Assembly: GCA_903858635.1 (NCBI GenBank)
Contig: CAIOJO010000219.1
Coordinates: 1-43,385, forward strand
Length of the DNA: 43,385 nucleotides
Reading direction: 5' to 3'
From: an uncultured Telmatospirillum sp.
GTDB taxonomy: Bacteria > Pseudomonadota > Alphaproteobacteria > Rhodospirillales > Magnetospirillaceae
Under the pieces are notes generated by a model that saw only the letters and a list, made by a program, of their open reading frames with translations, did no database searches and was not told the DNA's origin. A program made the translations under genes and the position numbers. This document shows, in pieces, positions 1 through 9,547 of this stretch (the first letter of the stretch is position 1; each line of letters begins with the position of its first letter).

Positions 1-1
1 G

Positions 2-496
2 GCGGCGCCGGTCGCCGTGGCCAAGCCCGTACCGCCGCCAAAGGCAGAGCCAAAGCCGCGTCCCAAAGCCGCGCCGGCGGCACCGAGTTCGTCCGCCGCC
101 TCGGTGCAACCGCCGGCCGCAGCGCCTGCCGCCGGCGACACTCGCCCCGCGACGCCGGCCGCCTCGCCGCCCGCCGCGGCAATCGAACCGCCACCGCCCG
201 CCGCCGTCGGCACCGACTTCGCCAATCTGGTATTCGACCGCATCAACCGGATCGCCCGCCGCAACTATCCCGAGGCGGCCATCCTTCGCCACCAGCAGGG
301 CAAGGTGGTCTACCATCTGCTGATCGGCCCGGCCGGCGAACTCTTGGAACACGGCATCGAGCCGTCCGGCATCGAGACCCTGGATCGCGCCGCCGAACAG
401 GCCATCACCGCCGCCGCGCCCTTTCCCAAGCCGCCCGACCTGGGGGCCAAGGCCTATCGACTGGGCGGAGCGATTGTCTATCGCCTGGAAAACTGA
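2..496 (+). CDS. TonB-family energy transducer, C-terminal part. The 5' end is cut by the window edge; the frame is open from nt 2.
   Basis: Pro/Ala/Lys-rich spacer (AEPKPRPKAAPAAP...) followed by a TonB_C-like block (RRNYPEAAILRHQQGKVVYHLLIGPAGEL...SGIETLDRAAEQAITAAAPFPKPP). There is no stop codon upstream within the window. Confidence 0.65.
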   Translation, partial: AAPVAVAKPVPPPKAEPKPRPKAAPAAPSSSAASVQPPAAAPAAGDTRPATPAASPPAAAIEPPPPAAVGTDFANLVFDRINRIARRNYPEAAILRHQQGKVVYHLLIGPAGELLEHGIEPSGIETLDRAAEQAITAAAPFPKPPDLGAKAYRLGGAIVYRLEN

Positions 497-541
497 GCCG
501 CCCGCCGCCCTGTAAGCCAAATTTCATTTGGCGCGGCGGCG
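497..541 (+). terminator. Nested GC-clamped hairpin immediately after the TonB stop; candidate terminator or attenuator.
   Basis: Outer stem CGCCGCC...GGCGGCG encloses a perfect inner stem CCAAAT-ttc-ATTTGG (nt 517-531). No clear U-tract follows, so it is not a canonical intrinsic terminator. Confidence 0.3.
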
Positions 542-590
542 CCCACGGCGCACCGTCGATAGCCTGCCAGCAAAGCGATATGGAAGGGAT

Positions 591-1148
591 ATGACCATGT
601 TCCCCACCCCCGCTCGCGTCTTTCTGACCAAAGGCGTCGGCATCCACCGGCAGGCCCTCACCGCCTTCGAATTCGCCTTGCGCGCCGCCGATATCGAACA
701 GCAGAATCTGGTCTATGTGTCGTCGATCCTGCCCCCGGGATGCGAACTGATCGGCCGCGAGATCGGCATCGAACGGCTCAAGCCCGGCGACATCACCTTC
801 TGCGTCATGGCGCGGGCCGAGACCAACGAGCCGGGGCGCCACGTCCATGCCAGCATCGGCCTGGCCAGGCCGACCGACCCCGCCATGTACGGGTATATTT
901 CCGAACATCACGGTTTCGGCATGAACGCCGCGTCGAGCGGTGAATACGCCGAGGATTTGGCCGCCACCATGCTCGCCTCCACCCTCGGGCTGGATTTCGA
1001 CCCCGAGGCGGCATGGAACGAACGCAAGCAGATCTACGAACACAGCCATGTGATCATCGACAGCATGTCGACCACGGCGTCGGCGGAATGCGATGCCGAT
1101 GGAAAATGGACCTGCGCCGTTGCCGCCGCGGTCTTCCTGTTTTCCTAG
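591..1148 (+). CDS. pdaD: Pyruvoyl-dependent arginine decarboxylase (PdaD family).
   Basis: FLTKGVG...NLVYVSSILPPGCE matches the PdaD N-terminus, including the Ser-Ser self-cleavage site. The track ORF starts at 528 inside the upstream hairpin. The ATGs at 591 and 597 sit behind a GGAAGGG Shine-Dalgarno and give a PdaD-like N-terminus (MFPTPARVFLTKG). Confidence 0.8.
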   Translation: MTMFPTPARVFLTKGVGIHRQALTAFEFALRAADIEQQNLVYVSSILPPGCELIGREIGIERLKPGDITFCVMARAETNEPGRHVHASIGLARPTDPAMYGYISEHHGFGMNAASSGEYAEDLAATMLASTLGLDFDPEAAWNERKQIYEHSHVIIDSMSTTASAECDADGKWTCAVAAAVFLFS

Positions 1149-1162
1149 CCGAGGCCTGCCGC

Positions 1163-2338
1163 ATGGACTTTTTCCAGCGTTTCACCTTCCTGGTCTGCGC
1201 GCCCGCCTTCGAGGTCGACGAACTCGAAGGGACCCGTCTGCAGCAGATCCTGTCCGAGATCGAACGCCTGGGATTCCAGGTGGTCAAGGCGCGCCGCGTC
1301 GAAGATGCGGAACTGGCGATCCGCACCGACGCCGCCATCGGCTGCATGATCATCGACTGGGGCAAGAAAGGGCTGGACGGCAAGGCAGCGGCCTTGATCG
1401 CCCTGGTGCGCCGCCGCGGGATGGAGATGCCGATCATCCTGTTGGTGCGGCACCAGCGGCTGGAGAACATTCCGGTCGATGTCCTCAACCATGTCGACGG
1501 ATATGTCTTCCTGGCCGAGGAAACGCCGGAGTTCATCGCCAAGAACCTGGTCAGCCGCCTCAAACAATACGCCGATACCTTGAAGACGCCCTTTTTCGGC
1601 GCCCTGGTGGACTATGCCGAGGAAGGCAACCAGCTATGGACCTGCCCCGGCCATAACGGCGGCATCTTCTACCGGCGCAGCCCGATCGGGCGGATCTTCG
1701 TCGAACATCTGGGCGAAGCCATCTTCCGCGACGACATCGACAACTCGGTCCTGGAACTGGGTGACCTTCTGGTCCACGAGGGGCCGGCCCTGCAGGCGCA
1801 GAAGGAAGCCGCCCGCATCTTCGGCGCCGAACGGACCTATTTCGTCCTCAACGGCACCTCGGCCTCCAACAAGATCGTGCTGTCGGCCTTGGTGGCGGAA
1901 GACGACCTGGTCCTGTTCGACCGCAACAACCACAAGGCAGCGCATCATGGGGCGCTGTTCCTGGGCGGCGGGTTGCCGATTTTCCTGGAAACCGACCGCA
2001 ACGCCTTCGGCCTGATCGGCCCGATCGACTTCGAGGCGCTGGACGAGGAAAGGATCCGCGACAAGATCCGTCGCCATCCTTTGGTCAAGGACCGCTCGGC
2101 CTGGCAGCGGGAACGCCCGTTCCGGGTGGCGGTCATCGAACAGTGCAGCTATGACGGAACCATCTACAGCGCCGAGATGATCCTCGCGAAGATCGGACCG
2201 CTCTGCGACTACATTCTGTTCGACGAGGCCTGGGCCGGCTTCATGAAGTTCCACCCCGACAACGAGATCCAGGGCCTGTACCGGGAAACCGAGGCCGACG
2301 GCAGCATTCGCTTCTACACCTATGTGGTGCGGGAATGA
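1163..2338 (+). pseudogene. Orn/Lys/Arg decarboxylase (fold-type I PLP, LdcC/AdiA family), truncated at about 392 aa. It lacks the PLP-lysine and the C-terminal domain, so it is a likely remnant.
   Basis: N-terminal wing domain (MDFFQRFTFLVCAP...), then the major-domain motifs NGTSASNKIV, LFDRNNHKAAHH and QCSYDGTIYSAE...FDEAWAGF. The frame stops (…FYTYVVRE*) exactly where the S-T-H-K PLP-lysine motif should follow. Family members are about 715-755 aa. Only 112 nt separate it from the next gene, and no continuation exists in any frame. Start ATG 1163 lies 14 nt after the pdaD stop, with a GAGG Shine-Dalgarno. Confidence 0.5.
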
Positions 2339-2450
2339 GCCGAACCGCTGGCGGGCGCCGCCGACGCATGCCTGCCGGCCGCCCCAAATCGTCATTCGGG
2401 GCTCGCCTGCACCTGGAGTAGAATAGCCTTCAGACCGAGGGGCTCACGCC

Positions 2451-3737
2451 ATGCTCCATGTTCCAGGCGATCTTTCGCACCAGCAGCAGATCCCAACGGT
2501 TTCCCCGGATCTCGACACCAGCGCGGTGGTCGGGGCGCTTCCCACCTATGAGGTCGGTCTTTCCTGGGATGCCAGCGGCGGCGACGCCGAAGCGGCGTTC
2601 AATCGCCAAGCCGAGTTGCCTGGTGTCTTGGTGACCAAGGATGGGGCGCTGGTCGGCCTGTTGTGCCGGGCGCGGTTCATGGAGTTGATGACCCATCCGT
2701 TCGCGCCCGAACTGTACCTGCGCTGGCCGCTGTCTCGCCTGCCGAAAGATATCTGGCCCGAGCCTCTGATCGTTGCCGCCGACCTGCCGATCGCCGATGC
2801 CGCCACTCGGGCCCTGGCCCGCCCAGCGGGTCAACTCTACGACCCGCTGGTAATACGGCAGATCGATGGCCGTTTGGCCGTGCTCGGCCTGCAAGTCCTG
2901 CTGCTGGCGGAAGGTCGGGTGCTGGCCCGTTATGCGGCCAGTCTCGAAACCACCCTGACCGAATTGCGCCTGGCCCAGGACAACCTGGTGGAAGCCCGCA
3001 AGATGGCCGCGCTGGCCGGATTGGTTGCCGGGATTGCGCACGAAATCAACACCCCGGTCGGGCTGGCGCTGACCAGCGGCTCCCATTTGCGGCAGCAGAC
3101 CGCGATGCTGGCGGAAAAGCTGCGGGCCGGCACCATCAAGCGCTCCGAGCTCGACCAATACCTGGTTCTCGCAGAAGAGGCGGGAAGCCATCTGGAAACC
3201 AATCTGCAACGTGCGGCGGAGCTGATCCGGAGCTTCAAGCAGGTGGCGATCGACCAAACCAGCCAGGAACGGCGGTCCTTCGACCTGCGCCAGTACATCG
3301 AGGCCGTGCTGTTCAGCCTCGGCCCACGCTTGAAAAAGCTGCCGCACCGGGTCGAGATCGACTGCCCGGCCGACCTGAAGATGGACAGCTACCCCGGGGC
3401 CGTCGCCCAGGTGCTGTCCAACCTCATCCTGAACGCTGTTATCCATGCCTTCCCGCAACAGCAGGCCGGGCACATCCGGATCGCCGCGCACAGCGACGGT
3501 GCGCTGGTCACCCTGTCGGTAAGCGATGACGGCGTCGGCATCCCGCCGGAAAACCTGCCCCGCATCTTCGACCCGTTTTTCACCACCAAACGCGGCGACG
3601 GCGGCAGCGGATTGGGCCTCCACATCGTGTTCAATCTGGCCACCCGCACGCTGGGCGGCGAGGTGCGGTGCGACAGCACACCGGGGATGGGCACCACCTT
3701 CCAGCTTCGCCTTCCCCTTGAGGGACCGCAACCATGA
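2451..3737 (+). CDS. Cytoplasmic sensor histidine kinase (HisKA + HATPase_c) with an N-terminal input region of about 170 aa and unknown function.
   Basis: H-box AGIAHEINTPVGL; G-boxes DDGVGIP...FDPFFTTK and GSGLGLHIV. No hydrophobic transmembrane segments. GAGGGG Shine-Dalgarno 9 nt upstream of the ATG. Confidence 0.85.
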   Translation: MLHVPGDLSHQQQIPTVSPDLDTSAVVGALPTYEVGLSWDASGGDAEAAFNRQAELPGVLVTKDGALVGLLCRARFMELMTHPFAPELYLRWPLSRLPKDIWPEPLIVAADLPIADAATRALARPAGQLYDPLVIRQIDGRLAVLGLQVLLLAEGRVLARYAASLETTLTELRLAQDNLVEARKMAALAGLVAGIAHEINTPVGLALTSGSHLRQQTAMLAEKLRAGTIKRSELDQYLVLAEEAGSHLETNLQRAAELIRSFKQVAIDQTSQERRSFDLRQYIEAVLFSLGPRLKKLPHRVEIDCPADLKMDSYPGAVAQVLSNLILNAVIHAFPQQQAGHIRIAAHSDGALVTLSVSDDGVGIPPENLPRIFDPFFTTKRGDGGSGLGLHIVFNLATRTLGGEVRCDSTPGMGTTFQLRLPLEGPQP

Positions 3738-5296
3738 GCGACGACGAACTGCGCTTTGCCGCAGAGGAACCCGAGGCCCCGGTGCTCGCTCTCGAGGAAT
3801 GGACGATCCTGGTCGTCGATGACGAACCGGAAGTTCACGCCGTCACCCGGATGGTTCTCGCCGACGTGCTGTTCCAGGGACGCCGGCTGGTATTCCGCTC
3901 GGCCTATTCGGCGGCCGAGGCGCGCGCCATGCTGGCGAGCGGCGCCGATGTGGCGGTGATCTTGTTGGACGTGGTGATGGAGACCGATCAGGCCGGTCTC
4001 GACCTGGTCCGCTTCATCCGCGGCGAGTTGGGCAATGCGATGGTGCGAATCATCCTGCGTACCGGCCAGCCGGGCCAGGCTCCCGAGCGGGACGTCGTCG
4101 TCCAATACGACATCAACGACTACAAGGAAAAGGCCGAACTGACGGCCCCCAAACTGTTCACCGCCGTTTTCTCGGCCCTTCGGTCTTACCAGGACCTGCG
4201 CAAGATCGAAACCATCCGGCGCGGGCTGGAACGGATCATTGCGGCGTCCGGCGACCTGTTCAAGCGTCGATCGATGGACCTGTTCCTGTCCGGGCTGCTT
4301 GGTCAATTGAATGGGGTGCTCGACCTGGGCCCCGATACCCTGTTATGCGCCCGCCATCCCGATAAGCCGGAGCAGGCCCTGCCCCGTATTCTTGCCGCGA
4401 CGGGCCGTTTTTCCGGTTCGGAGAAGCGCCCGTTGGCCGAGATGTTGTCGGCCGAGGAGGCCGCCGCGATCCGGCAGGCATTCGAAGCCGAACAGACATC
4501 CTATGCCCCCGGACATCATCTTCTGTTCTTCCACGGGGAGAACCGCCACCAGATCGTCATTTACGTCGCCCAAGGGCGCCCGCTGTCCGAGGTCGACGTC
4601 CAACTGGTCGAGGTGTTCTGCGCGAAAGCGGCCATCGGCTTGGACAACGTCTATCTTTACGAACAGTTGCGCGCCGCCATCGAGGCGACCGTAAACGCCC
4701 TGGCCAAGGCGGCGGAATACAAGGACGACAGTACCGGGGCCCATGTCCAGCGGGTCAGTCGCTACAGTACGGAATTGGCCCGCATCCTGTGGGAAGACGG
4801 CAGTTTCCCCAACGCCATCGATGCCGAATTCATCTCGCTGATCGGCTTGGCCAGCGTGCTGCACGACGTCGGCAAGGTCGGCGTTCCGGATGGCATCCTG
4901 AAGAAGCCGGACCGGCTGACCGAACAGGAATGGGAGTTCATGCACCGACATCCGGACATCAGCCTGGGTATCTTGACCGAAGCCGCCGCCATGGTCGATG
5001 GACGCACCTATCGGTCGATGGGCGTCGAGATCGCCGCCGCGCACCACGAACATTACGACGGCAACGGCTACCCGCATCGCCTGCAGGGGGAGGGTATCCC
5101 GCTATCGGCCCGGATCCTTGCCGTGGTCGACGTATTCGACGCCTTGACCTCGCGGCGCCCCTACAAGCGACCCTGGCCGGTCGATGAAGCCTTGGCGTTC
5201 ATCGGCGAGGCAGCCAACCGCCAATTCGATCCGGTGGTGGCAGCGGCCTTCCTGAAAGGTGTTCGGTGCGGCCGGATCCCGGTGGTGCCGCTCTGA
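3734..5296 (+). CDS. Response regulator with a C-terminal HD-GYP domain (predicted c-di-GMP phosphodiesterase).
   Basis: Receiver domain (ILVVDDEPEVH...LLDVVME), a middle domain of about 190 aa, then the HD-GYP motifs HDVGKVGVPDGILKKP, HHEHYDGNGYP and DVFDALTSRRPYK. The start overlaps the kinase stop (ATGA), indicating translational coupling. Confidence 0.85.
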   Translation: MSDDELRFAAEEPEAPVLALEEWTILVVDDEPEVHAVTRMVLADVLFQGRRLVFRSAYSAAEARAMLASGADVAVILLDVVMETDQAGLDLVRFIRGELGNAMVRIILRTGQPGQAPERDVVVQYDINDYKEKAELTAPKLFTAVFSALRSYQDLRKIETIRRGLERIIAASGDLFKRRSMDLFLSGLLGQLNGVLDLGPDTLLCARHPDKPEQALPRILAATGRFSGSEKRPLAEMLSAEEAAAIRQAFEAEQTSYAPGHHLLFFHGENRHQIVIYVAQGRPLSEVDVQLVEVFCAKAAIGLDNVYLYEQLRAAIEATVNALAKAAEYKDDSTGAHVQRVSRYSTELARILWEDGSFPNAIDAEFISLIGLASVLHDVGKVGVPDGILKKPDRLTEQEWEFMHRHPDISLGILTEAAAMVDGRTYRSMGVEIAAAHHEHYDGNGYPHRLQGEGIPLSARILAVVDVFDALTSRRPYKRPWPVDEALAFIGEAANRQFDPVVAAAFLKGVRCGRIPVVPL

Positions 5297-5395
5297 CGCG
5301 CCCAACCGCGGCGCCGGCCTGCTCATTCTCGCCCTGTCGGAAAAATCCTGGCATTCTATGGTTGAAGTTCGGCTTCTTACCTGGAATGAGGCTTC

Positions 5396-6334
5396 ATGAC
5401 CGCTGATCGCAATGACCCCAAGGACCTCCACCGGCGGCGCGTGCTGGCTGAACGAGCCGATGATTTCGACGAAGAGCTCGAGATGGAGCTCAATGATGAC
5501 GGCGACGACCGGATGGCCCAGTTGCTGGGCGGCCTGACCGACGAGCAGCAAAGCCAGGAGGTGATCGACCGTCGCCGCTACTTCCATGAGCTGTTCAAAT
5601 TGCAGCGCGAATTGGTCAAGCTGCAGGATTGGGTGGTCCACAAGAAGCTCAAGGTGGTGGTCCTGTTCGAGGGCCGCGACGCCGCCGGCAAGGGCGGCGC
5701 CATCAAGCGCATCACCCAACGCCTGAATCCCCGCGTCTGCCGGGTCGCCGCATTGCCGGCCCCCAACGAGCGGGAACAGACCCAATGGTATTTCCAGCGC
5801 TATGCCACCTATCTGCCGGCCGGCGGCGAGATCGTGCTGTTCGACCGAAGCTGGTACAACCGCGCCGGGGTCGAACGGGTGATGGGCTTTTGTAGCGAAG
5901 AGGACGTCGAAGAATTCTTCCGCTCGGTGCCCGAGTTCGAACGGATGCTGGTCCGCTCCGGCATCATCCTCATCAAGTACTGGTTCTCCATCACCGACGA
6001 TGAACAGCACTTCCGTTTCCAGATGCGCATCGACGATCCGATCAAACAATGGAAGTTGAGCCCGATGGACCTCGAGTCCCGGCGCCGTTGGGAACAATAC
6101 ACCCAAGCCAAGGAAGAGATGCTGGAACGCACCAACATTCCCGAGGCGCCGTGGTGGCTGGTCGAGGGTGTCGACAAGAAGCGGTCGCGGTTGAATTGTA
6201 TCCACCACCTCTTGACGCAAATACCGTATGGCGAAGTGGAGCATCCCCCCGTCATCCTGCCCGAACGGGTGCATAACCCCGACTATGTTCGCCATCCGAT
6301 GCCGAAAGAGATGTTCGTCCCGCAGGTCTATTGA
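5396..6334 (+). CDS. ppk2: Polyphosphate kinase 2 (PPK2 family).
   Basis: Walker A FEGRDAAGKGG; the PPK2 core RYATYLPAGGEIVLFDRSWYNRAGVERVMGF; lid region YWFSITDDEQHFRFQMR. Confidence 0.9.
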   Translation: MTADRNDPKDLHRRRVLAERADDFDEELEMELNDDGDDRMAQLLGGLTDEQQSQEVIDRRRYFHELFKLQRELVKLQDWVVHKKLKVVVLFEGRDAAGKGGAIKRITQRLNPRVCRVAALPAPNEREQTQWYFQRYATYLPAGGEIVLFDRSWYNRAGVERVMGFCSEEDVEEFFRSVPEFERMLVRSGIILIKYWFSITDDEQHFRFQMRIDDPIKQWKLSPMDLESRRRWEQYTQAKEEMLERTNIPEAPWWLVEGVDKKRSRLNCIHHLLTQIPYGEVEHPPVILPERVHNPDYVRHPMPKEMFVPQVY

Positions 6335-6369
6335 AGCGGCGGCAAGGCTGACCGTGCCGACCAGCGGCA

Positions 6370-7296
6370 TCAGGCGGCGACCCGGATGCCTCGGCGGCGC
6401 GCCGCGGTGGCATCGTACTTGGCCGTCGCGACGATATCGTAGGCCTGGAACCGCTGCAGCGCTCGGGTCTGCAGGTTCTGGCCGACGGCATTATGGAAAA
6501 CCGGCAAGCGGTCATAGGCCAGCCACACGCGCCGCAGGTGACGTTCCTGCCCGGTCTCTCCCTTGGCGAAGGGCTCGCGCCCGTGCAGCATGCGGTAGTT
6601 GTCGATCACCAGGATTTGGCCCTTGGTGAGGGACAACCGCTGGCGATATTTGGGCTTGGCGAAGTAATTCGTCTGCAGGGCGTGGAACGCTTCCACCGCC
6701 CACTCGGCGACGAAGGCCGTCGCATCGTAACGGAAGCGCAGCATGGTGCTGCCGTCATCCAGGTCCTCGAAGACGGCGCGGTCCAGGGCGATCTGATCGT
6801 CACGGCAATAGGTCACGCAGCCCTTGGTCGACAGAATGTCGAGATCGTGGCGGTTCTGTTGGGCCATGTCGCCATACACCCGCTGGGCGTCGATGAGGAT
6901 ATTGGCCCCGCCCACGACGGCGTTCTGCCAGCATTGCAGAACCAGCATCTTTGGCGGCTGCAGCTGGAGATAATGCCCGTCCCGGCGGACCAGCCCGTGC
7001 AGATAGGAACCGTCGGTATGCGGCAGGAACTCCTCGTTGCTGACCCCCATATATTCGGAGCGGTAGGCCTCCCAATAGCGATTGACGGCCGTCTCCGTGC
7101 CGATCCCGACCAAGCCGTCGGCGCCGGCGCGAACGTGCCACTGGACGCGTCCGAAGGATTCGGCGATCTCCTTCAATGTTTCGCTTTCCGCATCCCAAGC
7201 CTCGATAACGGCATAGCCCTGGGCCGCGACATGCCCGGCGATCTTTGCCTGGCCGGCGACGAATTGATCCCGGGTCCTACAGCAAAACACCATCAT
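6370..7296 (-). CDS. TauD/TfdA-family Fe(II)/2-oxoglutarate dioxygenase (clavaminate-synthase-like fold).
   Basis: HTDGSY (HxD facial triad), distal His in YRMLHGREP, and a C-terminal Arg typical for 2OG binding. The track ORF runs to 7395. The ATG pair MMVF at 7296 has a GGAGGA Shine-Dalgarno 5 nt upstream and is preferred. Confidence 0.6.
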   Translation of the reverse strand: MMVFCCRTRDQFVAGQAKIAGHVAAQGYAVIEAWDAESETLKEIAESFGRVQWHVRAGADGLVGIGTETAVNRYWEAYRSEYMGVSNEEFLPHTDGSYLHGLVRRDGHYLQLQPPKMLVLQCWQNAVVGGANILIDAQRVYGDMAQQNRHDLDILSTKGCVTYCRDDQIALDRAVFEDLDDGSTMLRFRYDATAFVAEWAVEAFHALQTNYFAKPKYRQRLSLTKGQILVIDNYRMLHGREPFAKGETGQERHLRRVWLAYDRLPVFHNAVGQNLQTRALQRFQAYDIVATAKYDATAARRRGIRVAA

Positions 7297-7442
7297 TCGG
7301 TCCTCCACCGGAAGTTGCTTTCCCACCGTAAGATGAACCAGGGTTGCTGACGCGGCACTGACGGGAGCCCGAGCTTTCGTGTGCCGGTGTGGCACGCGAA
7401 TGGCGCCTTGCGTGCCCCATAAGGGTTACCCATATTTTTTTG

Positions 7443-8120
7443 ATGAGATTACTTGTGGTGGAAGACAATCATCGTCTGGCCGCGCTGATGGCGAAACTTC
7501 TCGCCGAGAACCTGTTCGCCGTGGATGTGGTCGAAACAGTCGATGAGGCGTGGGCGGCCCTCAAAACGGTCGACTACGATGTGGTCCTCCTCGACCTCTC
7601 CTTGCCCGATGGCGACGGCACGGAGATTCTTCGTTCGCTACGCCGCACCGGACACGCCACGCGAATCCTGGTGGCGACCGCGCGGGCGGATGTCGTCGGG
7701 CGCGTCGAGGCATTGAATGACGGCGCCGACGACTACCTGGTGAAGCCCTTTTCCCTGGACGAACTTCTGGCGCGCATCCGGGCGTTGCTGCGCCGGCCGT
7801 CGACGACGGCGCAGGCGGTGCTGTCGGCCGGCCGGCTGACGCTGGACGTCACCTCCCTCCCCCTGTGCGTCGATGGCGAGGTGACGCCGCTGCCACGACG
7901 CGAGTTGGGCGTCCTGATGCTGCTGCTGGCCAATCAGGGGCGGTTGGTACCGAAGCAAAAGATCGAGAACGCCACCTACTCGTTCGACAGCGAAGTCACC
8001 CCCAACGCCATCGAGGCTTCGGTGTCGCGCCTGCGGCGCCGGCTGGCCAACCTCGATGCGGCGGTGACGATCACCAGCATGCGGGGACTCGGCTACATCC
8101 TCACCGTGCCAGGAGCGTGA
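7443..8120 (+). CDS. OmpR-family response regulator (REC + winged-helix).
   Basis: MRLLVVEDN...LLDLSLPDGDG...DDYLVKPFSLDELLARI, then a wHTH ending in GYILT. The track ORF starts at 7389; the ATG at 7443 gives the canonical N-terminus. Confidence 0.9.
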   Translation: MRLLVVEDNHRLAALMAKLLAENLFAVDVVETVDEAWAALKTVDYDVVLLDLSLPDGDGTEILRSLRRTGHATRILVATARADVVGRVEALNDGADDYLVKPFSLDELLARIRALLRRPSTTAQAVLSAGRLTLDVTSLPLCVDGEVTPLPRRELGVLMLLLANQGRLVPKQKIENATYSFDSEVTPNAIEASVSRLRRRLANLDAAVTITSMRGLGYILTVPGA

Positions 8121-9502
8121 TGGCCCCGCCCGCCCGACCCTTGTCGCGCATTCTGGCCATCCACATGGCCCTGGTGGCGGCCGCCGTCGCGTCGATGCTG
8201 ATCGCCTTCTACGCGGCCCATTGCGTTCTCGACACACAAGAGCTACGCCGGCTGACCATCGAAGCGCAACTGCAGGACATCATCGCCGGCGTCAAGCGGG
8301 GTGAGGATCCGGCCACCTGGAAGCTTTATACCGAGCACCCGCGCTCCTACGCCTTTCGCCTCTTCGACCACCGCCAGGCGTGGCAGCGCAAACTCATCGG
8401 CCAGGCCAATGACGAACTCCTGAACTCGCTCGTCCCCGACCAAGGGACCCAGGATCTGGTGAGCGGCTTCACCACGCTTCCCTCGGCAGCGGGAACGGCC
8501 GAGGACGAACCGTTGCTGATGACCGGCCGTGGAGAATTCGGTGGCCGCGTTTATTGGGTGCAGGCCGTCATGGTCGACGATCCGGCCTGGCGGTGGACCA
8601 CCGTGCTCTTCAAGTCCATTTTCGATCACGTGGCGATTCCGGTTCTGGCGATCGTTCCGGCGTTGACCTTGGCCGTCTTCCTCACGACGCGGCGCGTGCT
8701 GCGGCCGCTGACCCGGGTGGCCGGTCAGGCGAGCGAGCTGGGAAACGCGGTGATGGTCGGGCGCCCCATTGCGCCCCTCTCGGACGACAAACTGCCCCTC
8801 GAATTCCGCGGCGTGGTCGGGGCGATCAATGCCATGCTGGCAAAATTGGATCGCTCGCTCACCCTACAGAAGGAATTCACCTCCGATGTGGCGCATGAGC
8901 TCCGCACGCCCCTGTCTGTCCTTCTGCTCGAGGCGTCACGCCTGCCCCCCGGATCGGGGACCGGGCGCTTCAAACGTGAGCTCCGCGATCTTGCCGATCT
9001 GGTCAACCAACTCCTGAATTTCGCCCAGGCCGAGGACGCAATGGCGCACCAACCCCAGTCCGTGGACCTTGCCGGCACCGCCCGCAAAGTCTGCGAAGAG
9101 CTGGCGGCGACGGCCGTCGGGCAACAGAAGTGCATCGAGTTCGATGCACCTGAGGAACCGATCCTGATTTCCGGTCATCCGGCGCTCATCGATGTGGCAA
9201 TCCGCAATATCGTGGACAACGCGGTGAAGCTCTCGCCGCCCTGTTCGACCGTGTCGGTCACGGTCGACCCGGAATGTCAGGTCGTGGTCGAGGATCGCGG
9301 ACCCGGCGTCGCGGACGAACACAAGGAACGCATCTTCGAGAGGTTCTGGCGGGGAGACCGCCAACGCAAGGACGGCATGGGCGTCGGCCTGTCGCTGGTC
9401 CGCCGCATCGCGCTGTTGCACGGCGGCGACGTAAGTGTGGAAGACCGCCCGGGTGGCGGCGCGCGCTTCGTGCTGCGTCTTGGGGTTCCCGCCTTCGCGT
9501 GA
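8120..9502 (+). CDS. EnvZ-like membrane sensor histidine kinase (2 TM + HAMP + HisKA + HATPase_c).
   Basis: The start overlaps the response-regulator stop (gtGATGg). TM1 ILAIHMALVAAAVASMLIAFYAA and TM2 IPVLAIVPALTLAVFLTT. H-box SDVAHELRTPLSV; G-boxes DRGPGV and GMGVGLSLV. Confidence 0.85.
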   Translation: MAPPARPLSRILAIHMALVAAAVASMLIAFYAAHCVLDTQELRRLTIEAQLQDIIAGVKRGEDPATWKLYTEHPRSYAFRLFDHRQAWQRKLIGQANDELLNSLVPDQGTQDLVSGFTTLPSAAGTAEDEPLLMTGRGEFGGRVYWVQAVMVDDPAWRWTTVLFKSIFDHVAIPVLAIVPALTLAVFLTTRRVLRPLTRVAGQASELGNAVMVGRPIAPLSDDKLPLEFRGVVGAINAMLAKLDRSLTLQKEFTSDVAHELRTPLSVLLLEASRLPPGSGTGRFKRELRDLADLVNQLLNFAQAEDAMAHQPQSVDLAGTARKVCEELAATAVGQQKCIEFDAPEEPILISGHPALIDVAIRNIVDNAVKLSPPCSTVSVTVDPECQVVVEDRGPGVADEHKERIFERFWRGDRQRKDGMGVGLSLVRRIALLHGGDVSVEDRPGGGARFVLRLGVPAFA

Positions 9503-9547
9503 GAATGTCGGCGCCCGGTCGACTTTGGCGAGATGCTCGGTGCGGCT

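Noticed and set aside
591-1148. A functional link between pdaD (agmatine formation) and the terminal C domain of the NRPS (amine-dependent release).
   Set aside because: The two are 35 kb apart with unrelated operons between them. It is mentioned as an idea but not supported by the sequence.
1634-2395. A 253-aa minus-strand ORF antisense to the decarboxylase remnant.
   Set aside because: It has no motifs and is a GC-rich antisense artefact. The sense frame carries clear fold-type I decarboxylase motifs.
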